Positions 44,526 through 53,520 are shown, numbered from the stretch's first letter. The stretch is DNA of 64,000 nt from an uncultured Candidatus Saccharibacteria bacterium (GCA_964419675.1 CAYQPN010000002.1:3073-67072); one strand, 5' to 3'. Notes: a model not told the origin generated them from the letters alone. Made by a program: numbers and translations.

Positions 44526-45012
44526 GTTGTTTCTCCGGCGGTACTTCTGATTCATAAACCTTGCCTTGTGCAAGTGCGTCAAAAGCATTCTGTGCTTCCG
44601 GCTTTTCAGAGTCTAACACTTTCGTTATCAGTTCGTTTCCCGCATTTAGGCAGATGCTTTGCAGGTCTGTTTTTTGAGCATTTTTAGCTGAGTACGCACA
44701 GTTGGCATAGGCACTTATGCGTAACGGTAGCGGATTATTTACTTCATCTGCATATTTTTTAAATTCAGCAGCAGCATCTTCCCACGATTGTTCATCTATC
44801 AATTTTTTGGCTTTTTCGTAGTCTTCAACAAGTTTGTCGACTGGCAACTGTTCAATAACGGGGCTATTTACGACCTGAGTGCCTTCTCTAGATCTATTGG
44901 ACAAGTATTTATATCCTACATAACTAGCCCCAGCCCCAAGTAGCACCACCGCAGATACCAGAATTATATACTTACGTTTCACAAGCATAAGTATATCAAG
45001 GTTTTGTATCAA
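44518..45012 (-). CDS. Membrane-anchored helical-repeat (TPR-like) protein
   Basis: 164-aa ORF with an N-terminal TM and an alpha-helical repeat-like remainder; coupled to the 979-aa gene. Confidence 0.55.
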   Translation of the reverse strand: MIQNLDILMLVKRKYIILVSAVVLLGAGASYVGYKYLSNRSREGTQVVNSPVIEQLPVDKLVEDYEKAKKLIDEQSWEDAAAEFKKYADEVNNPLPLRISAYANCAYSAKNAQKTDLQSICLNAGNELITKVLDSEKPEAQNAFDALAQGKVYESEVPPEKQRE

Positions 45013-45085
45013 AAAAAATTGTCATACTTTCAAAACACCAAGCAACTCCAAGGCAATAATAGCCGTGAACCAGGCTCTCTACGAC

Positions 45086-46078
45086 TTAGGCTGCCTTCTT
45101 TTTATTGCGTCGCCCTGCTTTTGCCTGTGCTAACCCGGGTGTGCCACTGGGTAGACTGTCACCGGGCTGTACGCCATAACCAAGGTCTTTCACTGGCCTC
45201 AAATGTCGTTTTACTTTGCTGGGGTTGGTTGGATCTGGCTCGTCTCCACTATTTCTACGTCTCACTAGTAAGATAAGCCCGCCTAGCACTGAGACTAAAA
45301 CTGTTCCGCCAAGCCATTTTTTTAACTCAGGGCTAATACCGCCAGAGCTACTCCCATGACCTTCAACCATACCTCCAGATGTAGGCGAGGAACTTTCTGG
45401 GCCTGTTGTAGTGCCATCGTTTGTAGTCGTGGTTCCTAATACTGTAGTAGTCGTCGACTCTATAGTAGTGCTAGTAGTTGGCGACGTGGTAGTGGTACTA
45501 GTAGTGGTAGTGACGGGGGCGGTGGTAGTTGTGACTTTTTGTGGTTTTGTGGTTGTTGGTGCTGGTGGCTGTGTAGTTGTTGGTGGGGGCGATGTTGTTG
45601 GAGGTGGGGGTGGGTTAGGGCCACACACAGGTTCTCCATTATGATAACGACCTTGATAATACCAACCAATAAAGTATGGGTCACAAATCTCATCAGCATG
45701 TGCAGTACTTACCCCACCTGCAAACGACGCTAAAAGTAGTGCAAAGGCACCAGCTGCTTTAGCCTTGTTTTCAGATAAAAGTTCTATAAGTCTATCCCAG
45801 GCCCCTACTTCTTGCATCTGTGCAATAACTTCTGCGTTAAAACCACTTGTCAGCTCCTCAATCGTAGCAATTTCTCCCAAAGCAAAGGTTGAATCAACAG
45901 GCCCGGTCTGCCCTAGTTCCTCAAGCCACTGTCCATATTCCATACCAAATCTTTCATTCTGAGCTGTAAGTCTAAGATCTTGAGCAACGGTGTCAAAAGG
46001 GTTCGGTGGCATGCCAGCAATAGTTAGCCCCTGGATTTCCATGGTTATGCTGTCTGGTGAGGTTAAAGTTGAGCTCAT
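45086..46078 (-). CDS. P/T-rich membrane protein, tandem paralog A
   Basis: 330-aa ORF with SD AAGGA 8 nt before the ATG. About 110-aa N-terminal soluble domain, a hydrophobic segment ending AHA, the Cys motif DEICDPYFIGWYYQGRYHNGEPVCGP, a P/T-rich stalk, a second TM and a basic tail. Confidence 0.75.
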   Translation of the reverse strand: MSSTLTSPDSITMEIQGLTIAGMPPNPFDTVAQDLRLTAQNERFGMEYGQWLEELGQTGPVDSTFALGEIATIEELTSGFNAEVIAQMQEVGAWDRLIELLSENKAKAAGAFALLLASFAGGVSTAHADEICDPYFIGWYYQGRYHNGEPVCGPNPPPPPTTSPPPTTTQPPAPTTTKPQKVTTTTAPVTTTTSTTTTSPTTSTTIESTTTTVLGTTTTNDGTTTGPESSSPTSGGMVEGHGSSSGGISPELKKWLGGTVLVSVLGGLILLVRRRNSGDEPDPTNPSKVKRHLRPVKDLGYGVQPGDSLPSGTPGLAQAKAGRRNKKKAA

Positions 46079-46165
46079 CTTTAGTTTCCTTTGTTGGGGG
46101 TTATTTAATAATAATCGCCCTATATCCTTATTTATACCAGTGGCTTATCTGTTTGTAAACTTAAA
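45571..46165. repeat. 595-bp perfect direct repeat, copy 1
   Basis: Identical by line-by-line comparison to 46391-46985 (offset 820 bp). Covers the promoter, the 5' UTR and the first ~170 codons. Confidence 0.95.
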
Positions 46166-46898
46166 AGCGAGGACGCAAATAGGGGTTTCTTTCTGTGTTA
46201 ACCACAAACTCATCACCTTGCCATACCAAATCTGCATAAACCCTCTCTCTTACGGGCATTACCTCTAGATCTGTCAATATGGTCGTGGTAGTAGTAGATG
46301 GTGTCGTGTCTGTTGGAGTCGTCGGGGGTGGTGTGGTTATTGGTGGTTTGGTTGTTGGAGGCGTAATGGTGGGTGGCTTAGTTGTCGGGGGTGTAGTTGT
46401 TGGTGGGGGCGATGTTGTTGGAGGTGGGGGTGGGTTAGGGCCACACACAGGTTCTCCATTATGATAACGACCTTGATAATACCAACCAATAAAGTATGGG
46501 TCACAAATCTCATCAGCATGTGCAGTACTTACCCCACCTGCAAACGACGCTAAAAGTAGTGCAAAGGCACCAGCTGCTTTAGCCTTGTTTTCAGATAAAA
46601 GTTCTATAAGTCTATCCCAGGCCCCTACTTCTTGCATCTGTGCAATAACTTCTGCGTTAAAACCACTTGTCAGCTCCTCAATCGTAGCAATTTCTCCCAA
46701 AGCAAAGGTTGAATCAACAGGCCCGGTCTGCCCTAGTTCCTCAAGCCACTGTCCATATTCCATACCAAATCTTTCATTCTGAGCTGTAAGTCTAAGATCT
46801 TGAGCAACGGTGTCAAAAGGGTTCGGTGGCATGCCAGCAATAGTTAGCCCCTGGATTTCCATGGTTATGCTGTCTGGTGAGGTTAAAGTTGAGCTCAT
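46161..46898 (-). CDS. P/T-rich protein, tandem paralog B (no C-terminal TM)
   Basis: 245-aa ORF. Its first ~170 aa are identical to paralog A. The PTTKPP-type repeats diverge and the unique 40-aa C-terminus lacks a TM. Confidence 0.7.
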   Translation of the reverse strand: MSSTLTSPDSITMEIQGLTIAGMPPNPFDTVAQDLRLTAQNERFGMEYGQWLEELGQTGPVDSTFALGEIATIEELTSGFNAEVIAQMQEVGAWDRLIELLSENKAKAAGAFALLLASFAGGVSTAHADEICDPYFIGWYYQGRYHNGEPVCGPNPPPPPTTSPPPTTTPPTTKPPTITPPTTKPPITTPPPTTPTDTTPSTTTTTILTDLEVMPVRERVYADLVWQGDEFVVNTERNPYLRPRF

Positions 46899-46985
46899 CT
46901 TTAGTTTCCTTTGTTGGGGGTTATTTAATAATAATCGCCCTATATCCTTATTTATACCAGTGGCTTATCTGTTTGTAAACTTAAA
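46391..46985. repeat. 595-bp perfect direct repeat, copy 2
   Basis: See copy 1. Contains the minus-strand promoter TTTACA (revcomp of 46974-46979), 17 nt, TATAAA (revcomp of 46951-46956). Confidence 0.95.
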
Positions 46986-47098
46986 CTGGTATGATATTCC
47001 GCACACTCTAACCACCAAATCTACGACAATATTAAGCCTAGTATACTGGTTTTGAACACTTTTGTCAACTCTCAATCTGTTATATTGTATCTTTGAAC

Positions 47099-47175
47099 CA
47101 TAACCGCTGTGGAAACACCGTGCATAACCACCTTAAGATCTGCGAATAACCACTAGCATAACTCCCCATAAACCG
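47099..47175. repeat. Cluster of five short direct repeats, (C/G)ATAAC(C/T) on plus = GGTTATG on minus
   Basis: ATAAC or ATAAAC occurs at about 47100, 47124, 47146, 47158 and 47168. Confidence 0.4.
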
Positions 47176-47229
47176 TGCTGTAAGCTAGTCTGCGCTTAAA
47201 AAAGCCCGTGATTCTACTGCTCTAATTGT

Positions 47230-48000
47230 CTATTTCTTATTTGGGGGGATAGGCAGAAGGATACTGGTGGATTCCTTGTAGGCTTGGTATTTCTTGTCTT
47301 TTCCCCACTTAGCATCAGCAGATTTCTCTAACAGCGGTATACCGCTTACAAAAAGTAGCAAAAACGAAATAAATAATGGCCCAACCATTGCATAATATTG
47401 ATCTACCCCACTTAAGCCGGATACAACAAAAATATAAACACCAAACCATACCAAAATTTCACCAAAATAGTTTGGGTGTCTTGAATACTTCCAAATGCCT
47501 GAATCTATCCATTTACCCTTGTTTTTGGCATTTTGTGAGAACTGGAACTTTTGCCAATCTGCTGTTGTTTCTATCACTAGACCAACCAACCACACCAAAA
47601 ACCCTACAATCATAAACGTTGTTATCGGTTTTACACCTTTTTCAATAAAGAGTATCGGGCCAAGCATTACAGCCCACACTGTTATCGCTTGCAAAAACCA
47701 AAACCTACCAAATTTCCAAAAGTTGTCCCGCATACCGTCAAACCGATTATCTTTTCCGGCTTTGTTAATACGGATATACAGATAGACACCTATCCTGCTT
47801 GCCCAAAAGAGAACCATAGATGCAAGAATCCACTTTTGAAACAATGCCCCACCATCCTTAACCATCGCGTACAACACCAGCGCAAAAAACGTTAATGCAT
47901 ACGAAATGTCAGTCAGCCTGTCGGTTTTGTTTTTAAAAGCCACCATAAACATTGAGAGGTTGAATACTATTGATATTAAAAGTGCGTAGATTAGTTCCAT
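47230..48000 (-). CDS. DUF1295 / steroid 5-alpha-reductase-like membrane protein
   Basis: 256-aa polytopic ORF with WKYSRHPNYFGEILVWFG. Confidence 0.75.
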   Translation of the reverse strand: MELIYALLISIVFNLSMFMVAFKNKTDRLTDISYALTFFALVLYAMVKDGGALFQKWILASMVLFWASRIGVYLYIRINKAGKDNRFDGMRDNFWKFGRFWFLQAITVWAVMLGPILFIEKGVKPITTFMIVGFLVWLVGLVIETTADWQKFQFSQNAKNKGKWIDSGIWKYSRHPNYFGEILVWFGVYIFVVSGLSGVDQYYAMVGPLFISFLLLFVSGIPLLEKSADAKWGKDKKYQAYKESTSILLPIPPNKK

Positions 48001-48018
48001 TTCATTCTCCTTTTTCGT

Positions 48019-48750
48019 CTAGATGTCTTTTATATAACATTCAACTCGAGCCATTTCTGATACCAGTTTAGCAGAATCCAGTTTTTTAAACATGTGTTCT
48101 GTCTGACTTGCATGCGCTTTTATGCATTGCACCTTTTTAGACAGAGTTTTATCGTCCAAAACAAAACATATATCAGCGTCTTTTTGGCTAACAAGTCGCG
48201 GACATTTGCAATTAAAATAAACATTATACTTCGAGTCTAACTGCTTACCGTATTTCTCATAACTTTCGTGATTCTCGCAGACGCAAAACAGCTCTGATTG
48301 AACACTAAATTTGTTCAATACATCTTTTGTCCATCTGTAAACTGTCTTGTGATCATCATGCCCTGTAATTCCCCCTGGTTCAAACGTTATAACTGTGTTG
48401 GGCTTAATTTTTTTAATATAGCTTATTAATACTTCTACTACATCGTTATGATTTAGACTGTCTAATTTACCGTCGGCATGCCCCAACCAATGGTGCTCAA
48501 CGCTACCCATAAGTTTTAGGCATTTTTCAAGTTCATTTTTTCTAATAGTACCCAGGTTTTTTGTTGGCCACCTGCTATCGTCAGCACTGCTACCTGCATC
48601 GCCGTATGTGGCGGTTATTAGAACAACCCTTTGACCATTGTTTAATGCAGCGCTTAGTAACCCAGCGCAAGAAAAAGCTTCGTCATCAGGATGCGCCCAA
48701 ACTCCCAAAATGGTCCCCAGCTTTTTCACTTCACTATTGCTGTACTTCAT
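48019..48750 (-). CDS. PIG-L/LmbE family N-acetylglucosaminyl deacetylase
   Basis: 243-aa ORF with ILGVWAHPDDEAFSCAG and HDDH motifs. Confidence 0.8.
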   Translation of the reverse strand: MKYSNSEVKKLGTILGVWAHPDDEAFSCAGLLSAALNNGQRVVLITATYGDAGSSADDSRWPTKNLGTIRKNELEKCLKLMGSVEHHWLGHADGKLDSLNHNDVVEVLISYIKKIKPNTVITFEPGGITGHDDHKTVYRWTKDVLNKFSVQSELFCVCENHESYEKYGKQLDSKYNVYFNCKCPRLVSQKDADICFVLDDKTLSKKVQCIKAHASQTEHMFKKLDSAKLVSEMARVECYIKDI

Positions 48751-48786
48751 AAGACAATCTTACAATACTCTGTTAAAATAAGAATA

Positions 48787-49872
48787 GTGAGTTTATCTAT
48801 TGGAATTGTTGGATTACCGAATGTTGGAAAGTCTACTCTGTTTAATGCGCTGACAGATAGCTCAGTTTTGGCGGCTAACTACCCCTTTGCGACGATTGAA
48901 CCGAACACCGGCATAGTTCCCGTTCCAGATGAACGGCTTAACAAACTGGCCGAACTGTATAAATCTGAAAAAATAATACCTGCCACCGTTACTTTTGTAG
49001 ACATTGCAGGTTTAGTGGCCGGCGCCAGTACGGGAGAAGGGCTAGGTAACCAGTTTTTAAGCCATATTCGAAGTTGCAGTGCCATTATCCAAGTTGTGCG
49101 AGCCTTCGATAACCCAGACGTGCTTAGAAGTGATAGTTCGCGCGACCCAGCACATGATATTGAAGTAATAACTACCGAATTAATACTTGCTGACTTGCAA
49201 ACTATTGAAAAACGTCTACCAAAACTAGAAAAAGAATCTAGAGCAAACCCAAAGCTAAAGCCAATTAGTGATTCGTTGACGCAAATAAAGAAATTACTTG
49301 ATGGTGGACAACCTGTCTGGAAAGATAGAGAGTTACTAGGCGCATATAATGAGCATTTATCTGACCTTCAGCTGATGAGCGCAAAGCCAATTTTGTATCT
49401 GTTTAATGTTGACGACAGCCAACTTAGCAATGATGGGCTGAAAAAGGAGTTATCTGAACTTGTGGCCCCTGCTCCAGCCGTTTTTGTATCAGCAAAACTG
49501 GAAGATGAATTACGCGGTTTAGATGAAAATGACCGCGTAGAAATGTTAGAAAGCTACGGCCAAAAAGAATCAGGACTATTGCAGGTCATACATGCTGCAT
49601 ACAGTTTGCTGGGGTTACAAAGCTACCTTACAGCCGGCGAAAAAGAAGTACGCGCCTGGACAATCCACAAAGGCGACACTGCTCCACAGGCCGCCGGAGT
49701 AATTCACGGGGACTTTGAAAGAGGTTTTATCGCAGCCCAAATTGTAGACTACAACGACCTAATGAATGCTGGCTCTGAAACGGCCGCAAAATCTGCTGGA
49801 AAGATGCGTACCGAAGGCAAAACCTACATAATGCGTGAAGGTGACGTTGTGGAATTCCGTTTCAACGTGTAA
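48787..49872 (+). CDS. ychF: Ribosome-binding ATPase YchF
   Basis: ORF 48691-49872. The likely start is GTG 48787, giving (M)SLSIGIVGLPNVGKSTLFNALT. C-terminal TGS-like block GDVVEFRFNV. Confidence 0.9.
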   Translation: MSLSIGIVGLPNVGKSTLFNALTDSSVLAANYPFATIEPNTGIVPVPDERLNKLAELYKSEKIIPATVTFVDIAGLVAGASTGEGLGNQFLSHIRSCSAIIQVVRAFDNPDVLRSDSSRDPAHDIEVITTELILADLQTIEKRLPKLEKESRANPKLKPISDSLTQIKKLLDGGQPVWKDRELLGAYNEHLSDLQLMSAKPILYLFNVDDSQLSNDGLKKELSELVAPAPAVFVSAKLEDELRGLDENDRVEMLESYGQKESGLLQVIHAAYSLLGLQSYLTAGEKEVRAWTIHKGDTAPQAAGVIHGDFERGFIAAQIVDYNDLMNAGSETAAKSAGKMRTEGKTYIMREGDVVEFRFNV

Positions 49873-49880
49873 AGACGCGA

Positions 49881-50780
49881 CTAATTTTCAGCTAAGATAA
49901 CGTTTCTAATTGCGTCGCCCAAAGCTATGATGTTTTTTGTTCCTACGTTTTCAGTCAAAACAGAGATAATCAATCTTCTGCCACCGTTAAATTCAACAAT
50001 CGCCGTATCGTGATATTCAACTTGTTCGTTAAAGCCAATCTTGTTGTATACTTTTTCGTTCTCAAAACTAACGTTAAGTGTGTCTCTGTATATCTGTTCG
50101 TTCATTGATTCTAAGAACGCACCTTGAGATGACTTTGAAAGCCCAGAACCTCTTGAAATCATAGATAATATAGTGGCAGCATCGGCAGACGTTGTTGTTA
50201 TAGCGCTCATGTTAGTATTATTAATTCCATAACTTTTTAGTTGCTGCGTTAACTCTGGTTTGCCAATTTCTGCCCACAATTTTTCAGCACAAGGGCTATC
50301 AGAATTACGAATCATCAAATCTAAGCACTCTGCCCTTGTCTTACCATTTAAATAAACCTCCGTAGGGTCCACTTGACCTGCGTCTACCTGTTTGTAGCCG
50401 GCATACGCAACATATAATTTATATATACTGGCCCCGAAATACACCCTACTAGGATCATGCGATGCAAGAACTGTTCCGTCTTCTGAAGCTATAACTACAC
50501 TAGCGTTCCCTGAGATTCCTGTAACCCATTTATCTAAAGCATCTTGAAGTAATTTGGCTTCGGCGTTAGTGTCTACTGGTACTACAACTTCTTCTGACTT
50601 ATTTACAACTTCATTAGTTGCACTAATAGGTGGCTGAACCGCCACTTGCTCTCCTTGGTTTGAAGATTCGTTTCTAAAAAGCAACAACAAAGCAACGAAA
50701 ATTATTAAAACTGCTAGCAATATCAGCGCTAGCAATATCTGACTTTTTTTGTGCTGAACTGGGTTTCGTCTCCACGCCAT
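49881..50780 (-). CDS. Membrane-anchored serine hydrolase of the class A beta-lactamase/PBP fold
   Basis: 299-aa ORF with an N-terminal TM and the motifs SIYK (SxxK), SDS (SDN-like) and KIG (KTG-like). Confidence 0.65.
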   Translation of the reverse strand: MAWRRNPVQHKKSQILLALILLAVLIIFVALLLLFRNESSNQGEQVAVQPPISATNEVVNKSEEVVVPVDTNAEAKLLQDALDKWVTGISGNASVVIASEDGTVLASHDPSRVYFGASIYKLYVAYAGYKQVDAGQVDPTEVYLNGKTRAECLDLMIRNSDSPCAEKLWAEIGKPELTQQLKSYGINNTNMSAITTTSADAATILSMISRGSGLSKSSQGAFLESMNEQIYRDTLNVSFENEKVYNKIGFNEQVEYHDTAIVEFNGGRRLIISVLTENVGTKNIIALGDAIRNVILAEN

Positions 50781-50803
50781 ATAAGGCTACTTTATCATAT
50801 CTC

Positions 50804-51328
50804 CTACAAAAGTGGCTGACGATAGGCAGTAAACTTGGTTGGGCGAAGTTTCGGCAATAGTGGTGAGTGTGGTTGCCAACTACTCTTATTAACTTCGTCC
50901 TCTGGAACATCTGTTCTGTGTGTCGGATGCTTTTCCATCTGTCGGGCTTGGGTAATTTTATCCTGTACATAGCGGCAAGTTTTTCTTAATCTACCGTCAC
51001 TTAAACTTCTAAAGGATAGTTTTTTTGAACCGGTATGAAGATGAAGAGATGCATCAAGCAAACGCCCGGCAAAATCCACTTCAGTGATCATTTCATATCT
51101 CAAATCTTCAAGATTTAAGAAAAATGGCCTTTTGTCCACCAGTAACATTCTTCTATCCGTTGCAAGTAATAGCCCTGAACCACCCTGATACCACCCATAG
51201 GTACAATGATAAATAATCTCGTCAGAATCAAGAATATGCATAAGTTCTTTTACCTCGGCCCGGCCGAAAAACGTAAATGAAAGTCCGATTTTATGAAGTT
51301 GGCTGTAAACAATTTGTTTTGTGATCAT
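50804..51328 (-). CDS. Bacterial PH-domain (YokE-like) protein
   Basis: ORF 50804-51370. The likely start is ATG 51328, preceded by AAGGAG. Core block HCTYGWYQGGSGLLLATDRRMLLVDKRPFF. Confidence 0.6.
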   Translation of the reverse strand: MITKQIVYSQLHKIGLSFTFFGRAEVKELMHILDSDEIIYHCTYGWYQGGSGLLLATDRRMLLVDKRPFFLNLEDLRYEMITEVDFAGRLLDASLHLHTGSKKLSFRSLSDGRLRKTCRYVQDKITQARQMEKHPTHRTDVPEDEVNKSSWQPHSPLLPKLRPTKFTAYRQPLL

Positions 51329-51410
51329 TTGTATCTCCTTTGTGACATAAGAACAAATATATTTAAGCATTAGCTATAGTTATTATCTGTAAGTCTAGAC
51401 ACAAAGGAGC

Positions 51411-51426
51411 TGTGATCTTCATCACA
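51411..51426. promoter_or_regulatory. Consensus CRP/FNR-family binding site
   Basis: TGTGATCTTCATCACA is a perfect TGTGA-N6-TCACA, 31 nt upstream of the Crp-family gene. Weaker half-matching sites start at 51341 and 51440. Confidence 0.6.
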
Positions 51427-51456
51427 ATTGCAAATATCGTGTGATGCTGAAACAAT

Positions 51457-52110
51457 GTGGGCATGTCTACCCATAACCAACAAAGAGATAAACTTAAGTC
51501 CTTTTTCTACTCTAGTACTAGAATCCAGTACAAAAAAAGCGAAATAGTTATTAGACCAGAGGACGAGCCAAGTGGAGTCTACCTCATAGAATGGGGTTAT
51601 GTTAAGGCCACTGTTATGACAAAATATGGTGAAGAAAACCTGCTTCTTGTGCGTGGCAGTGGAAGTATATTTCCGTTAATTTGGGCCTTCACTGGCGAAC
51701 ACCGTAGCGTAACGTACCAGGCGATGGAAGAGACATCGTTATGGCGCGTCAGTAAAGCTGACTATCTTGATTTTCTTCAAAAACACCCTGATGTTATGCC
51801 CATAATCTTAGACATGGCAATTGAGGCCTACAGACTACACTCTGAACGAGTCATGACCCTCAGCTTTAGAACCGCACGCGAGAGAATAGTTTCATATCTA
51901 CTCGTTTGTGCAAACAGATTTGGTGTAGAACACGGTGATGTAACAGAAATTGTTGCACCTTTCAGACAAACCGATATTGCAAGCTCTGTTAACGCAACAC
52001 GCGAAACAACTAGCCGTGAGCTGAACGCGATGCGTAGAAAAGGCTTAATTACTACTATAAATGGGCATATTGGCCTGGTAGACATTAAGGCATTAGAACA
52101 GCTACTTTGA
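51457..52110 (+). CDS. Crp/Fnr family transcriptional regulator
   Basis: 217-aa ORF with a cNMP-binding-like beta-barrel and a C-terminal HTH (RQTDIASSVNATRETTSRELNAMRRKGLI). Alternative start ATG at 51463. Confidence 0.85.
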   Translation: MGMSTHNQQRDKLKSFFYSSTRIQYKKSEIVIRPEDEPSGVYLIEWGYVKATVMTKYGEENLLLVRGSGSIFPLIWAFTGEHRSVTYQAMEETSLWRVSKADYLDFLQKHPDVMPIILDMAIEAYRLHSERVMTLSFRTARERIVSYLLVCANRFGVEHGDVTEIVAPFRQTDIASSVNATRETTSRELNAMRRKGLITTINGHIGLVDIKALEQLL

Positions 52111-52815
52111 GAATTTGAGCTTATAAAAACGTTCGACGTTACCTTTGGCGCCTGCGACTTGGCTGTCGGCTTTGCCTAAAGTGATAAAATTATTATTGCT
52201 CAGCCAGTTTTCAAAATCTTTCAAGATATTACGCCGTATTGCGCTATTTTTGATAATACCCTTATTAATTTGACTTTTACCTGCCTCAAATTGAGGTTTA
52301 CACATTATGATTAGTTGCGAGTCTTTAGTCACGAGTCTAGAGATAGCAGGAAGCACTTGAGTTAAAGATATAAAGCTAACGTCAGCAACGACTATGTCTA
52401 TCTTTTCTTTAGTTTTAAAATCACGAATATCGGTTTTTTCATGCAGATCAATTTTAGGGTTATCACGAAGTTTCGGGTGCAACTGATCTGTACCTACATC
52501 AACTGCAATAACCTTTTTTGCGCCATGAATTAAAGCAAATTGAGTAAAACCACCAGTGCTACTACCAACGTCCAAAACAACTTTATCCCTAAAATCTATT
52601 TTAAATTGCTCCGCAATCGAAGCTAATTTAAGTGCTGCGCGTGATACATATTGATCACCTTCAACCACCAAAACATCATCGCTGCCAACATTAAAACTAG
52701 TTTTAGTAATAATTTTATTGTTAACCTTCACTAAACCTAACAAAATATAGCTCTCGGCTTGCGACCTACTTGTAACCAGTTTCCGGAACTGTAACTCTTT
52801 ATCAAGTCTGTTCAT
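52102..52815 (-). CDS. tlyA: TlyA family rRNA 2'-O-methyltransferase
   Basis: 237-aa ORF with an S4 domain (RLDKELQFRKLVTSRSQAESYI) and an FtsJ-like MTase (VLDVGSSTGGFTQ). Confidence 0.88.
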   Translation of the reverse strand: MNRLDKELQFRKLVTSRSQAESYILLGLVKVNNKIITKTSFNVGSDDVLVVEGDQYVSRAALKLASIAEQFKIDFRDKVVLDVGSSTGGFTQFALIHGAKKVIAVDVGTDQLHPKLRDNPKIDLHEKTDIRDFKTKEKIDIVVADVSFISLTQVLPAISRLVTKDSQLIIMCKPQFEAGKSQINKGIIKNSAIRRNILKDFENWLSNNNFITLGKADSQVAGAKGNVERFYKLKFSK

Positions 52816-52842
52816 AAATATCCTGTAAAATAATCTTGGTTA

Positions 52843-52935
52843 GTGCAGTTTGGGATGATGAACAAGCACAATTGCCGAAGGCATAGACTATGCTACGACG
52901 AGACAATTTGACGCAGTTCATCACCCAAAGTGTAC
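52843..52935. ncRNA. Structured repeat element E, copy 1 (efp-tlyA spacer)
   Basis: 93 nt, about 74% identical (ungapped hand count 67/90) to 53939-54033. 14-bp helix TTTGGG(A)TGATGAAC / GTTCATCACCCAAA. Conserved blocks AGCACAATTG, CTATG.TACGA and CAATTTGACGCAG. Confidence 0.45.
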
Positions 52936-52948
52936 AACTGCAAATCAT

Positions 52949-53512
52949 TTACTTCTTTCGTTCGCGGTAAGCGTTAGTCTCAGTATCTACCGAAATCTCA
53001 TCTCCAACTTTTATAAATGCTGGGACACGAACACTAATACCTGTTTCAACTGTCGCCTCTTTCAGAACGCTACTGCTTGTGTCTCCTTTTACTACATTTT
53101 CTGTGTAAGTTACTTTTAGATATACGTTTTTGGGTAGTTCTATACTGACGGCATTACCATCAAGCTTCATAGCTTTTACAACATCGCCTTCTTTCAGATA
53201 ACCTGACTGGTCACTGATGACATCTGCGTTTAATTCAATCTGCTCAAACGATTCGTTATCCATAAAGTAGAATTTTGTGCCGTCATTATACAGATATTGA
53301 ATGTTTGAATAAGTTAAATCTACATTATCCAACTGTTCATTGCCTTTAAAGGTTTTTTGCAAAACCCTACCGTCCAGCAAGCTTTTAATTGTGACGTTTA
53401 CTATTGAACCTCCCCGTCCCACAACTTTTTGGGCATACTCAGTAACCCTGTACGGCGTACCGTCCAGGGCAAATACCGCCCCTTTTCTCAGGTCGGTTAC
53501 TCCTAGTGCCAT
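52949..53512 (-). CDS. efp: Elongation factor P
   Basis: 187-aa ORF MALGVTDLRKGAVFALDGTPYRVTEYAQKVVGRGGSIVNVTIKSL. Confidence 0.95.
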   Translation of the reverse strand: MALGVTDLRKGAVFALDGTPYRVTEYAQKVVGRGGSIVNVTIKSLLDGRVLQKTFKGNEQLDNVDLTYSNIQYLYNDGTKFYFMDNESFEQIELNADVISDQSGYLKEGDVVKAMKLDGNAVSIELPKNVYLKVTYTENVVKGDTSSSVLKEATVETGISVRVPAFIKVGDEISVDTETNAYRERKK

Positions 53513-53520
53513 AGATCCTC

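Noticed and set aside
45411-46464. Several 60-80-aa ORFs on both strands inside the P/T-rich regions (V/G-rich or H/Q-rich translations)
   Set aside because: They are alternative-frame or antisense readings of the ACC/CCA-rich repeats. They are duplicated only because the underlying DNA is duplicated.
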